DNA of 64,000 nucleotides from the human T2T-CHM13v2.0 reference genome, Homo sapiens (GCF_009914755.1 NC_060928.1); one strand, 5' to 3'. Counted from the stretch's first letter, positions 27,376 through 42,085 are shown. Notes: generated from the letters alone by a model not told the origin. A program made the numbers and translations.

Positions 27376-28986
27376 CTGCATGTTGTTTGTACATTTCTTG
27401 CCACCTCATTCTGTTTAATATAATGGCAGTGACTTGATTTGTCTCATCCCTTGAGCTGAACTATGTAAAAGAAGCACAGTAGAAACACTTAAAACCTAAA
27501 AGATGTGGATTAAGGAGCTGTCAACTTCAAGACAATGTCCTGCAGCCCCCAGTACTTACCTGTTGTCTTTTTCATTACATGGAATAGGTGGATGTCGATA
27601 CATCTCTATGAGCAGGTGTATTTGTATAAGTTAGTCATCTTCTGAATCTCCTATTACAGAACCAGGCCCATTATCAATCATAAGTGTATATTTTTTGACT
27701 GCTTCTTATATCTCTTGCTTTCCTTAGTTTTCTTTGTCATGAGGATATTTGATAGCCACATGCTGTGACAACAAAACAACTGGTTAACATAACAAATCCA
27801 GTTAAATGTTTGCTTTTTTATATGATGACTGCTATTGAGTTTTAATTTTTTGGCAGAAAAATTTGATTTTATTTTTACCAAATTAATCTGTCTTTTTTCT
27901 TTCCCACTGGCAAAAATAGAATCCTTACTCTAGAGTGAGTAATCTTTACTCAATCTTTACTGAATAACTTTCATTTGACCTATGTGTAATCACAGCAGAA
28001 GTGCTTTCTCCAGCTGAACTCTTTATTTAAATGACAGGGGTTACGCAGTATATATATGAAAGAGATGAATATCTTCATGCTCCTGCTGAAAGGAGAGAGT
28101 GCTTAGCCTGGACCTTCTTCCCACTGCCTATGGAGACCCCACATGGCCGCCTGTGGAATCCCCAGAACTACGTAGGGCACACTTTTAAATCTACTAGAGC
28201 TAAGATTTAAATGAAATTAGTAAATTACTCTCTATTGGGGAGTGGCATGTATTTGTATGGTTTAGTGTCTAGAATTACATGCTAAGAAACACTGGCAGGA
28301 CTTTATTTTAAAAAATAATAAACTGTTTTCAGCTTTGGAAACTTCAAAAAATATTTAAGCACCATTTATCAGAAAAGTCAAACTATTGTTCATCTTCCCA
28401 TCACTTACAGATATAATCAAGGCATTACATTTTGCAGTACCGAACTTGTTAAAAAGCCATATTTCTAAAAATCCAAGTAACCATTTTGCATATGAAGAGA
28501 ATACAAAGTTCTGCTGAATGCTAATGTGACCCAGAAATAGCATTACCCTCTCCACATATTGGTTTGGCACATTCTTTTACCTTTAAGTAGAAACAGCAAT
28601 CAAAGTGCTTGTAGCCATTTCTGAATCTTCTGTCAAAGTTAAAATTGCTTTGTCAATTTCATAAAATGGAAACATTTTATGAAATATTATTTTATTTCTC
28701 CTTGGCCTTATCATCATTCTTATATAATAAATATATTACTTGTCCTAATATAATTTATTTAATAATGTATATGTGCCTATAACCATAAGGCAATTCTTAG
28801 CAAGGTGTCTGGTTACAGCATATACTCAATAGGTGATCACATTTGTTGTCCTTGTTTGTAATAACTTTAGAGAGCATCAGAAGACTAGAATATGAAAACA
28901 AACGGAGCAATACAATATGCTCTACACAAAAGTAATCCTTTGCCATAAAGAGCACATTTTCGTAGACACAAAAATGGAGGTCTACC

Positions 28987-29000
28987 CTGCCATCTAGTGG
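28987..29000 (-). promoter_or_regulatory. CTCF motif (reverse orientation)
   Basis: Reverse complement CCACTAGATGGCAG matches the core CCASYAGRKGGCRS and lies in non-repeat DNA. Confidence 0.65.
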
Positions 29001-31049
29001 ATATATTGGGAAATAAAAAAATTTGTTTTTAAGGTTTCAAAGGAAGTTGCATTACATTTCACCAAAATGTTGCATTTTTCTTGAGCAAATAGCATCTGCT
29101 CTCTGTATTGCTTTCAGCATATTCTGTGAAGATTTATGCATGAATGAAATAAGATAATTTTCAGAAATCTTGGAAAAAGTGGGACTTGAGGATTACAGAA
29201 CAGAAGCTAAAAAATTACAGTGCTTAATGAATGTTTTCACATATGGAACATCACAAAGCGAGAGTGAGAGAGGAAGGAGACAAATTGATGCCCGTATCGA
29301 GTTGTTTAAAAGAGGGAACAAATAAAAAAGAAACTACTTAGCAAATTTTTAAAGCTTAAAACCAGTCCCCAGGGTTCAAGGAATTATTCTCTAACACATG
29401 GAAAGCTTGGCAAAGACGGAAAATATCTTTTGGAAGAAATTTCAGTGTCTGGAAAGAGAAAGAAAAGGGAAGATGAAGAACATGTGATGAAAGAAAGCAC
29501 AGCATTTATGAAGAATTCGGCAGCTCTGCAGCTGCTGAGAGCGGTGTCTGGCAGTGGCAGTTTTCCTTAACTTCACCTCAGAGCTGTTGGGTTTTGGTGG
29601 GAAAGAAAGCATGTTTAAAGAAAAACTTTCAATAAACTGGATGCAAAAAGTTTGCATTACCTTGTTAAAATGAAATACTATCAAAAGACTAATGTAATAC
29701 CAAGCAAAGTGAATCTCCGGCCAGTTTGATGTCTCTCATGTTTCTGCTTGAGTATATGCGTAAGATGTACGTGCCATAGGCCTTGACTTTAAAATGTTTG
29801 TGTGATATTGTATAAAAGATGTAGATGATAAACAAAAGAAATTTACAAATACTATTTGAGCTTTCAGAATGATGTGAGACATATTTCTACTAGCGTCCGT
29901 TGAAAATGTTCCAATGTGTTTTGCAAAATAATTTTTTAGGAGGAAAACATTGATTAAGACATAGGCTGAACTGTTAAAATTATTAATAAAACTCATCTGT
30001 TTGTTAAAAAATTAACAATAACATGGCATTGATTTTATTCAGGATGTCAAAATGTGTTTTTATGATTATGCATGTTTATAGCTTTGTCACACAAGTGACA
30101 TGAATTCTCGGCAATTAAAAAGGACTTGAATTTCAAGGCACTTTAGGAAGATGATCTGCTCCTCTAGTAGCTCTGCATTTTATCAAGTTATGGTTCTGGA
30201 GTAAAGCACTGCAAATTTCAGACCTCCACCTGAAGAAACGGTAGAACCATTTCTTGTTTGTATTGTTTTACAATATTATTACCATGAGACCACAGTAGGG
30301 AACTTTACTTTGCCTACCTACCGAAGTGTTATATGTGGATATACAAATTTAAAGAAGCAGAGAAAGATTCTATTACAAAAGAAAAAAATAGTGCATGGAA
30401 AAGAAGACTGCCACATCACCCCTCATTACAGCATACAAAGAGTTATTGTGTGAATGTTCAAACTTAGTAACCTCTGCCAGTTGAGCCGCTGGCCTGTCTC
30501 TTGGGCAGTTTTTGATGGGCCTGCTAGAGCTATCCTATCAGAAGGAATGAAGAGATTAACAGGAAGAATAGCAGTTTGATATTTTAAAACTTTTGATAGC
30601 CAAGTCCATTGTGCTATTCATTCCCAGCATGTTTAGGACACTTTGCAGAATATCAGATAGGAAAATAGTTCCCCTACAGGAAGAGGGAGATCTAAAAGGT
30701 AAGGACCCTTAGTTTGGGAACAATATTCTTGGGCTGGCCAGAGGTGAGGGCAGATTGAATTCTGATCTAGCTCATTAGTGATTAGTGCTAGAGTCTTAGA
30801 GGGGAAAAAGGGGAGGTTGATAATAAATAGGAATAAAAAATAAAAGTGGAACTATTCACATTGATTTATGAAATGGAGATAATACTTTTTGAGAGCTAAC
30901 AGACAGCCCCCCACTTTCTCCTATTTATAGCCTTTTGAAAGGAAGAAAATAAATGGTATTTCATGGAACAGACAAGCTGGAGGAATTGTGGTCTTGCAAC
31001 AGTACAGTGGGTTCTTTAGATGGTTGTGATGACCTAGATACATTGGGCA

Positions 31050-31645
31050 TGGCTAGAGACTTCCAGCCACCTGAGAACCAGGAAGGCAGGTGGCCTTGTA
31101 GAGCAAGCCTAAAGTCTGTGAGAAGAGGGACTCCAGAAACTTCTCTGTGACAACCTCCCATTGTCTTACAATAATGTGGCCCTGGGTGTTATAAACCTGC
31201 CATGTCATCTCTTGCCCTTAGAAACAGCTGACTGAACCAGAGGTGGACAACTAACCAATGTTTAGCCAATCGGACTCTCTTTTTCAGAAATTTAGAGTTA
31301 GAACCACTTCCAACTTGGACCTAATGCTACAAAAGTCTGGACCTCCAATATATAAACTGGAAAACTGTGCTTGATCCATGTTTTTCCATGTGGACAAAGG
31401 AGCAGAGAAAGAGTCTGCAGAGGGACAAAGGAAAACAAATGCAAAAGAGGAGTAGAGATGAGAAATACCTAAAGCTATATCTGAACAGTTTTAAATCATT
31501 CGTTCCAGTTCTTTTCTGTGCTCCACCCATATTTCTGCCCTTGGATTTTTATTAGATATCTCTACACTCTTATGATACATTCTTATTTGACTTAAGGAAG
31601 GCTAGACAAATATCTGTTACTTGCACAAAAGTTATTAATCCATAC
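31050..31645 (+). mobile_element. Old MLT1 (J/K-like) LTR
   Basis: ccaatcggactctct...gcagagaaagagtctgcagag...atacattcttatttgacttaag...tgttacttgca...ataca. Confidence 0.6.
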
Positions 31646-32582
31646 AGTAAGTTTGCCTCCACACTGTCTAAATCCAACCATTTCAGCCAGAGGAAGAAAA
31701 TGTGAAAATCTGGGCTCACAACAGTCTCTTAGACTCCCGAAGAGAAACTGAAATCTGGATGTGACCTCAGGGGCTCTATTCTTTCGTGTGTTTCTTCAAA
31801 ATGTCTAGATGCCCCTCCAGCAGAAAGGGTTCCCTAGTCTTGGTCTCTGTTTCTCTCCTGTAAGGCACTTTCTGATCCTCTACAAGCCCTCCCTGCCCAC
31901 ACACACGTACTTTATGTGGATCAAGTGCATAGAGGAGTTCCAGTACTAATACTTAAGGGGTTCTTCTGGGAGTCCATGGGTGGACCTCGATTCCGGAACA
32001 GTGGCTGATGAGCTGATGGCTTTGATTAGTCAGTGTGCTATTCCTTTCAAGTGATTATATGAGATTGGGCCACCAGAATGGTACAGAAATGTTGATTTTG
32101 GGTGACTTTCACATCAGGCACAGGATGAATTCAGGGCTCTAGGCTACTAGTGCTCCTCGGATGAGTCTTGCGTTTGCGGCGGATACATGGTTCTTCCATC
32201 AAATCTTGCCTGCCAGTGATCTGTCTGCTGTCATGCCAATGGTCTGTAGGATTCAAGGGTGTAGGGTTGATAGCAGGCCTACACTACCAAGTGTGCCTCT
32301 GCTGTAGGCACCCAGGACATTCACCTCTTGCTGTATCCAGGCCATGTATCTAGGAGTCCTTCCAGGATAGCCTTGCCTATTTCCTGCAAGGACTTTTCAG
32401 ACTGTTGCTTCATAAAGCCTCCAGGCCCTTCTGATCAGTATCTTCTCTTCTTACCATAGATGTGTGACATTGGGCACTCTCAGATAAGTCTTATGCAATG
32501 CCAAGTGAGAAACAGACATTTCTTCTGCAAATGAGACTCCTCTTCTTGCTCCTGTCTTTGTTTAGTCTCCTAACTAGGGAAG

Positions 32583-32982
32583 TACTATGGTCTGAATGTC
32601 CCTCAAGTCATGTGTTGAAACTTAATTGATAATGTGATAGTATTAAGAGGCAAGTCCTTTAGGAAGTGATTAAGTTTTCATGAGGGTAGAGTCCTCACGA
32701 ATGAGATTAAGACATTTATAAATGAGGCTTCACAAAGTGTTCAGCCATTTTTGTCCTTCAATTCCTGTCACCATGTGAGACACAGCATTCCTTCCGTCAG
32801 GAGGACATGACACTGCGAGAAGACACCATGTTGGAAGCAGAGAGCAGCCCTCTCCAGACACCAAGTCTGTTGGCACCATGACCTTGGACTTCCCAGCCTC
32901 TACAACTGTGAGAAAATAAATATATGTTGTTTATAAATTTCCCAGTCTTAGGTGTTTTGTTATAGCAACACAAATAAAGACA
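32583..32982 (+). mobile_element. MST (MSTD-like) solo LTR
   Basis: tactatggtctgaatgtccc...ggacttcccagcctctacaactgtgagaaaataaat...gttttgttatagcaacac...aagaca. Confidence 0.85.
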
Positions 32983-33047
32983 AGGTGGGATACAGGAGGC
33001 AGGGGTACAATCAACATTGAACCAGATCGCATTCTAAGAATAGTGAT

Positions 33048-33691
<644 letters not shown>

Positions 33692-34959
33692 AAGAATGTA
33701 GTGATCATAGCCAAAAATATTCAAGAGAAAATATGGATATAATTATATTATTCTAAGTTATGCTATAAACTTTATAAAATAGATTTAATGTGACCAGAAA
33801 TGAATTAACATTCACTTACATTTGAGGGCATAGACAATAAAGTGGACTAACAAATTTTTAGTCAGTGGGAGCCAGTATCCATGGATAGCACTGTGGATGG
33901 TGCATCATCATGATTAATGATGTAACCAATAATAACCAAATGGAATTAGGGAACTGTAGTGGCATGAGGAGCTATATTGTTTCCAATGCAGACAACTTCC
34001 AAAGAGCCATGGGATTGGAATAATGGCATGATACTTTTTCTTGCAGTAGGAAATACGAAATTAGCCAGAAATGGTGCATTGTTTAAAAGAGAAGAAGGGA
34101 GAAGGAGAAGGGAGAGGTGGAAGAGGAGGAGATAATGAAATAAATGGGCACAATGAAGAATCTTCATGAGCAGTGATTGGACAACAAACAAATATGTAAA
34201 TACATTGTCTCTCTGCCCATTATTCTTAACCTTAATCAGTAAATTACTAAATTGCACATGGGTCCATGAATTTTGTTCTTAATAAATTATTTATACAGAC
34301 AGAGACCACACAAATATATTTGTCTGGGGCCCCACACACCCTATGGGTAATCTTGAATTCTGTCAACATAGTCAGTGAATACCAACCTCGAAAATAATTT
34401 GTAGACTGTTGGTAGTTGGGTGGAGGTGCACAAAAGATTTTAATACAGAAGGTCTTCTATTTAGATAGAAAGGTCCTCAATAGATAGAAAGGAATCTAAC
34501 CCTTATCACTGCTATGACCTTCCTATAGGTGTTAGTGGTTGTGGGCAGTAAGTTTAGTCTCTGCTATAGTATTGTGTATGCTGTGTTTAATCTTAAGATG
34601 TTTTGAAATACTTTACAAACATCACTCCTTCATCAGTGTCTGTTGCAAAGGGAATGAAAGTATTTAAAATGCTAGTAAAAAGAGGCAGGCAAACGATATA
34701 AAAATGGGAAGTGGTGAGAGTGTAGGAAAGTGACTGGATGTGAGATGAGACTAGAGGATCAGAACACATTTCACAATGAGCCAATATTATTTCAGGAGTG
34801 TGCTTTAAATTATGAATACCCCCAAATATGATTTGTTTCTAAGTATGAGGCCATGAAACCAAATTATCTAACCATATGGGGAGACGTGAATGGGTAAGGA
34901 TAGGAGTGGGGTGGCAATAGGGATGGTTGAGTGGAGGAAGTAGGGGTCAGGCATCCCTA

Positions 34960-35610
34960 GGGAAATAATATCTTGCTGAAAATGGAAGCTTTTCTGGGAC
35001 TACTCAGATGAATTGATATAGATTCCTCTAGTTAAACGTTTCAGCCAGTACAAGAGCCCAGAGAAGAGAGAGAAAAGCATGCTTTCAAATAAACAGAAGA
35101 TTTCCATATTGAGAGAAAGAGAAAGATAGGAAAGGAGTGAAAAAGCATAAGGCAAGAGACAGGCATAGTCCTATTGCAGATCTAAAGAAACTGGACTATC
35201 CTCAGGACAATAGACAGACATTGGAAACTGTTAGCAATGTGTGTTATAAATGATCTCTCTGGTTGCAGAGTGAATGCAGGGGAACAGTTAGGAAGCTGTT
35301 CAAAGGTGGTGGCACTGACAATGAAAAATAGACTCTTAGGAGGTATATAGGAGATGGAAGTGGCAGTAGGTTTGATGAGAGAGTCTGAGGAAGAGAGAGT
35401 TCCCAGGGATGCTCCCAGGCTTAGCTGCTAAAAGCGCAGCAACACAATTTCCTGAAGGGCAATTATATAGGTGAGGCTGAAGGTGGAGAGGGGGTGGCTC
35501 ATTGGGAACAGAATAAATTGAGTGCAGGTTGAATATTAGGAGCTTGAGGGGCTTCTGAATGGGAGATGACAGTAGGAAGTTGAAGTTATGTAACTGGAGG
35601 ATTCATTATG
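34960..35610 (-). mobile_element. L2 fragment
   Basis: Purine-rich text typical of L2 antisense (gatctctctggttgcagagtg...agttaggaagctgtt...gatgctcccaggctt). Confidence 0.65.
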
Positions 35611-36584
35611 AACTTGGTCTGTTTCCCCAAGGGCAAAAGCATGTTGTTTGTCTCCATTTTCCATCTAGAGAGCAGAACATTGAACCTGGACACATGCTTT
35701 CTCAGTTTAAAAATGGCTTCCAAATGCAAAGGAGCAGAAATGCAGTAGTAGCTGATACATACCAAATACAAAGGTCACTTACTTTACAAATTCATTTTGC
35801 ACCAGGCTGTGCCTCAAAACATAATTCAGAAACTTCAGACATCATGAGCAGAGAAGTTTTACCCAAGAGTGTTCCTCTTGAACTGACAGGAAAGATAAAT
35901 GACCTTGCTCTTTACAAGCATGGAAGTGTGCTTTCAATGTTTACACAGTGGTGGTGTTCATCTCTATTATCTATGTGTTTTAATATAGCCATTTAGCTGT
36001 GAAAATAACCACACAGAAGTGCCAATATAAAATTGATACATTTTTTAATTTATTGAAACACTTGCCCATTTCCAGATGTCTTCCTGTATTTTTGACCTGT
36101 TTTATAATCTTGTTGAGGAGGTGTATTCATGCTCAGAGAAACATTGGCTTGAGGAAGAGTGGGGGGTAGCTCAGAAAGGAGAATTTCCCGAAAACCTGTG
36201 CATTATCAACATGATTTGGTAAGGTTGTTTGATTTTGAGTTTTTCTTTTCTATTTCTTAATTTAAATGTTAAACATTTAAATCACTTTAAGTCTATAATA
36301 GATATCCACAAATATTAACCATTTTATTAATTTAGTAATTCAAGTGCCCTGGAAGACATATGTTCAGATTATCTTAAGAGTTTTCATATTTCAATACATA
36401 AGAGGTTAAAAAAAAAGCCTACCAAACTAACACATAAATCTGAGAAGTCTAGTTGTAGGTGTCATGTTTACGTTGCTTTATCTTGGCCTTTGTATAGCTG
36501 TGAAAAATGAAGTGTGAACTTTGATGCTTCTGCACGTTACAATCTTTCCAATTCAAATTCAGAGGGGGAATAAAGAGAGAAGGG

Positions 36585-36755
36585 AACTAATACTATGAAA
36601 CTGACTATGTCCCAGGGACGTTTGTTTACTTGAGTTTATTACAACAGTACATTGAGCAGGACATTTCTAATCTCATTTTTAGATAAGGAAACTGAATCTC
36701 AGAAGAGACATTTGCCAAGAGTCACCTTGCTACGTAAAGGGTAGTAGCACTGGGA
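36585..36755 (-). mobile_element. MIR
   Basis: ctcatttttagataaggaaactgaatctcagaag...tttgccaagagtcac. Confidence 0.7.
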
Positions 36756-36910
36756 TCTCCTGTTTTTTGGAAAACTGGCCTGTTTCAAAGTTCAGTTTGA
36801 TTAAGTGGCACTAAGCATAAGTGACTCCATTCTGGCTTGGTCCATTCTGGTCTACTGGGGCTGAGTGCAGGAGGCTAGTTTAAACCAATGGCCTCCTATA
36901 AACTTTAACA
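36756..36910 (-). mobile_element. ERV1 LTR 5' fragment (MER34/MER39 group)
   Basis: Reverse reads tgttaaagtttataggaggccattggttt...ctcctgcact...gaatggagtcacttatgct. Confidence 0.65.
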
Positions 36911-37397
36911 ACGATTATGTTTCAACTTATACATCTTTTTTAGTGTCTACTGACAAATGACTAACAGAGTGTTACTTTCCTATCTATGTTTTTAAGGTGA
37001 CTACACCAAACTCTGCAATATTGAAGTGCTTTCTAGATATGCTTGAGAGAGATCTAATAGATAAAGTGTAATAGGAGAGTAGATGAATGGAGTCATTTTC
37101 TAAAAAAAGATCAGAAAAATGTAAGTTAAATAACCTTGGTTCAGAGACAAGGGAATGCAGTGAAGGAGATCATGATTCTGATTGAGGGCAACTATCAGTG
37201 GATTACAGGAAGAAAGAGAATGCCTGTTTTACCGAGCTTTTAATTTTTAATCAGTTTTATTGAGGTATAGTTTACTTGATACTTTGTCATACTGACTTCC
37301 TCTTCCAAGGACAGTGTTTCTTTTACATTCTCCCCTCCACTGCAGAGGGAAGCAGCCTAAATCATTTCTTAAGAAAGAGTGGGTCACTGCTTTTGGA

Positions 37398-37590
37398 CTG
37401 GTGGTTTAAAGTGTAGTCACTGGAATAAAGACATAAGCATCAGCTGGAGGCCTCTGAGAAATGCAAATACCCAAACCCCACTCATAGACCTCCTAATTGA
37501 AAACTGTGAGGGGTGGGGGCCAGCAATCTGTCTTTTAACAACCCCTCCAGGTGATTCTGATGCACTATCAATTTTAACAACTCCTGCACT
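37398..37590. mobile_element. MER5A-like hAT MITE
   Basis: gaaatgcaaat...gggtgggggccagcaatctgtcttttaacaacccctccaggtgattctgatgca. Confidence 0.82.
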
Positions 37591-38139
37591 GGCAGCTGGC
37601 CTTTGACAAGGCTTAGCCAATCTGGAGATGGGCCACAGGAGGGTATATTGCCCAACTTGTCCCGCAGATGCATCATTACTTAGCAAAGCTATTCTCAGCT
37701 TCCCAATTTGGGTTCAGAAAACTAGAAGAAATCAACCAGCCATTGGCAGAAAGACAAAGACATTTAGATTGAAGTAGAAAACAAAGGTACAGTAGAGTCA
37801 TGCCAATAACAGGCCCCTAAAATTCCTGTTGATGAAAGAGTGAGATTGTGTTTCTTCCACATTACTACTTCCATATTCTTATGTCAAGCTTCCATTTCAT
37901 GGGGTATCTCACAACCAAAATAGTTAAAGCCTCTTGTTCTCTGCAATTTAGAATCTACTTAGAAACAAGTGTTAGTAATTGTTTGAGCCAAGAAGATGGA
38001 GAAGGAGCAAAGAAGCAGTGTTCATCTGTATACTGAGAAAATAATGATACAGTGTCCAGAGGGCTCAGATGAACAAAAGCAGTCATTTTGTCTTCTGCCC
38101 AACAAGTGAAAAAACATTACAAATCTTAATAACTATGTC

Positions 38140-38460
38140 GACTAATAATAAATAATATGTATTATGCACTCCCTGGGTTCAGGTTGCTCTTTTATGTGTG
38201 TGCACATGTGTTTGTATGTATATACATAAATGTATAGTTTATACGTAAAATACCTCAATTCACTTAAGTCACATAATAATCCATGCATGTTTGGATTAAC
38301 GCTATACTTGCTTTATAAATTATAGATAATAGCGTTAAGGTAAAGGAAAATTAATTAACTGTCCTGAGTATACACACATAATCTGTTAGACGGTAAGGAT
38401 TTGGACCACAGCAGCCTGGCACCAGAGCCTGTGCTATCAACTATAAAGCTATATTGCTTC
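38140..38460 (-). mobile_element. MIR (degenerate)
   Basis: ggatttggaccacagcagcctggcaccagagcctgtgct. Confidence 0.55.
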
Positions 38461-39455
38461 TTGATGGAAGTTATTAAAATTAATCCTCCTGGTTTGGGAT
38501 TCTATAAACTGCCTGTTTGTCTCTATGGCAACCATATTCAAAGCCTTCAGCTTCTAGACTCTCACGTGAAATCCCTACTAACCATAAGAACCACATGGCT
38601 CCTGTGTGTCCCACAAAACATATGCATATGATTAGATTTTATATATGACTCTTAACATCTTCCTCAAATAAATGTTCAATACTGTGAGCACTGGTTTTAG
38701 TTCATACATGAATTGTTTACATTTGATTTCCTAGTTATCAGCCTGAACAAACAAGTGAGGAAGGGAAGAAAGCGTGCACTGTCCTCCTCTTTCTAGGTCT
38801 TGAATGTATTCAAAAGTTTCATGGTTGGCCACAGGGTGAAACCTTGGAGGTCTTCCTAAAAAGTGTGGGGGAGGCCCTCAAATCCATAAAGGCGGTCAGC
38901 ATGCTCCTGAATCAACTCTCAGAAAAGCACCTTCTAAGCTATTAATGATTAACATTTATGGGTATTGTTTTTTACATGCACATCCTAGTTTTGGGGGAAA
39001 ATACTTACACACGTTAATTTTATGTTTTAATTCAAACCGCAAATGGCACAATGTTACATAGTAACTCAGTAGTAGAGCAGGGACTAGGGGACAAGAATTG
39101 TTCCTTTTCTTTTCTTTTTCTATTTCAGTCTTTACTGATCACCTGACATGCCAGCGACTACAACTATACAGGGCACACAGAAAAAAAAAATGCAACCCCT
39201 GTTCATCATCACCCCATCATTTACAATCTCTGATGTGATTGTAGCATCATCACTCTGCTTGGTTGGGCCTGTGAGCAGGAGTTACATAACTCAGAGCAGC
39301 AGCAATCACCAGGGCCCTGGGAGGGTAGATTTGCCTGCATCCTCTACTCACCCAGAGCCATGCAGCAAGGGCTGGATGGCTGCTAGCCCCAGAAAACCTT
39401 AGCAGACTGTGAGGCTCAATCCAGTTTTGAAAAGCGGTAAAGAATGCACCCATTG

Positions 39456-39756
39456 GGCCGGGCGGGGTGGCTGACACCTGTAATCCCAGCACTTTGGGAG
39501 GCCAAGGTGGGCGGATCAAGGCCGAGATCAAGAGATGGAGACTATCCTGGCCAACATGGTGAAACCCCATCTCTACTAAAAATACAACAATTAGCTGTGC
39601 ACGGTGGCGTGCGCCTGTATTCCCAGCTACTTGGGAGGCTGAGGCAGGAGAATCACTTGAAACCCGGGAGGCAGAGGTTGCAGTGAGCCGAGATAGCACC
39701 ACTGCACTCCAGCCTGGGCAACAGAGCAAGACTCCATCTCAAAAAAAAAAAAAAAA
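39456..39756 (+). mobile_element. Alu (AluSc-like)
   Basis: Full dimer with tcaagagat..gactatcctggccaac; A16 tail; flanking aatgca(c/t)ccat TSD. Confidence 0.95.
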
Positions 39757-40784
39757 TGCATCCATCAGGAACGTTGTCTTTACCAATCCCTAGCCTCCAC
39801 CCTTGGTTGCCCTGGAATTTTCTTCCATCAATCCCTCTGCTTAGTATGAGGTAAAAGGCTGAATGTATTTCAGCTATAATCAGAGGCACTAGGAAAACTG
39901 TGTGTGTGTGTCCATGAACACTCCCAGGTACATGTATGTGGGTTGGCAAATGACCTGAGGGAATATCAGGGAGGGAAGTAAAGCAATTTAAAGTACAGAT
40001 GAAAGGAACTGAGGATGAGTGCACGGTTCCTGGCTCAAGATATGCTTCTCAGAAGTTTTGTAGAGTATTTAAAAGCCCTTCCTGACTTGTCAGGTAACCC
40101 ACATTTTCCTAATGGTCTGAGCTAGTGGAAATGGAATGTGCTTTTTCGATAGGCTGCTCAATCTAAATCTCTGAGTATCTTCTGATTTGTCTGGTAAGCA
40201 AAATGTATGACTTCAGAAATCTTAATTGGCATTTAACGAATGACTTTTCAGCTTAAATGTTAGTCTTGCGTAATTACAACTCTTCAAGTAAAAATATGGT
40301 ATTCTGGTAAAGAAATTTAATGTCTCAAAGAGGAATAGTTTCCAAATAAAAAGCTGCAGAGAACTTAAAACTATGATCATGAGATCACTGCTTTGTATAA
40401 TTTATATGATACAATCATTAGATTCGTTTCCTTTATAAGTTACTTCAGACATAATACTAGAAATTATATAGACTTGCTAATGGATTCCCTTTTTAGAAAA
40501 TGCTATCATATATTAATACATCTCTCTACTTCCTTATTATTAAAACATAATCCCCATTTATTTCCATTTAGAATAATCAAACAAATCAAAAGCATGATAC
40601 TAAGCACTATAGTAGTAAGGTTGCATAAAAAGAAAAATGACTAAAACCACAAATCTACTGAATAATAATACTTAAGTAGAATAGTGTTATTTTATAATTT
40701 TATTAAATGAATTTAAATAAAAACAATGGTTTGTGCAGAAAGCTAAATGCTAGATTTAAAACCATAATATCAACTGGGAAAATG

Positions 40785-40798
40785 CCACTAGGTGGAGC
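40785..40798 (+). promoter_or_regulatory. CTCF motif (forward, one mismatch)
   Basis: CCACTAGGTGGAGC in AT-rich unique DNA; AP-1 site TGAGTCA at 40863-40869. Confidence 0.5.
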
Positions 40799-41454
40799 CC
40801 ATGGTTTCTAAGATTTTTGATAGTCTCCTCAAGTAGTCCTGGGGTAAGTATTTTCTAGCTGTTGAGTCACAGTGTTGTTAACTGTTAGGGAGAGACATTA
40901 GCTTGATATATAGGACGATCCTTTGGTTACGATTAGGAAATGGGGAAATTCGAGAATGGGGTAATCATTTTTCCTTCTGTACAAGTTTATAAAAGAATGC
41001 AAGTACAATCAGCCCATTTCTGGAAACTAACAGTAATTTAAACTGACTTTCTGAAAAAGAACAATCAATAATTTAATAATACTATGGCAAAGAAAGCTAG
41101 CTCTTTGGCAGAACTGTTGAAATGCAGTTTTCTCTTATTAGTGGGTATTAAATATCCACTTTAAGAGAAGTTTAAAAGAAAATTAGAACAAAAAAACATT
41201 TTAAGATATACTTGTAAGTCAAGCACATGGCAAATAAAAGAAACGCATTTTAAAAATTATTTAGATTGCATTCATCAGGCAGTTACAATCTGTTAAGTAC
41301 ATTCCGGAAAAAAATGTGAATATAGGACAATTGTACTCTAGTAGCTATTCTAAGGGGGCAAAGAAATAGCTTTGCTTACAGATGATACACAGTTCAGCCT
41401 ATTAAAAATAATATTAAATTACTGATTTCACAGTCATTCTTCTTCATTAAATTT

Positions 41455-42085
41455 AGTTTTTTTAAATGTAAAGCTTTTAGGTATCATTAACATTAATAAA
41501 CTACTTATTTAAGTCATATAATTTGATAAGTTTCACATACATAACTGCAACAAAATTTGTGCTCCCTTAAAACTTTTCTTGTGCTCCTTTGTAATACCTC
41601 CCCTCCCCATTATTCTCTGTTTTCTCTCTCCCTGAAGTGACCGCTAATCTGTTTTCTGTCACTGTAAGTTAGTTCATATTTTCTATCTGGATTCATACAA
41701 TATGAACACTGTTTTTGGTGAGGGTGCGTCTAGCGCTTCTCCCTTTCAATAATCATTTTGAGATTCATCTACATTGTTCTATGTATGAGTTCATTCCTTT
41801 TGATTGCTGAGTGATATTCCAAGGTTTGGATATGCCATAGTTTATCTATTTTTCTATTGATGGGGATTTATGGGTTTTTTTCCAGCTTGGGATTATTACA
41901 AATAAAGACTCTATGAACATTTGTGTACTAATCTCTGTAGAGATGTGTATTTCCTTTTATCTTGAGTATAAGCTAAGAGGGTAAGGGCTGGTAAAGGGGA
42001 ATTGTCATATGACAAGTGTCTGCTTAACTTTTTAGGAAACCGGCATGCTGTTTTCAAAATTGGTTATACCACTTCCTCCTTTGTA
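41455..42085 (-). mobile_element. L1MC/MD-like 3' end
   Basis: ctaatctgttttctgtcactgta...ttcattccttttgattgctgagt...ttttcaaaattggttatacca. Confidence 0.8.

Noticed and set aside
33872-33892. REST/RE1-like sequence ccagtatccatggatagcact
   Set aside because: Extra base and several mismatches relative to TTCAGCACCACGGACAGCGCC.
35559-35996. 145-aa ORF
   Set aside because: Starts within L2 remnants, has no recognisable domain and no supporting splice structure.
39250-39729. 159-aa minus ORF and similar ORFs at 6782, 11285, 16198 and 24232
   Set aside because: Alu-derived reading frames.
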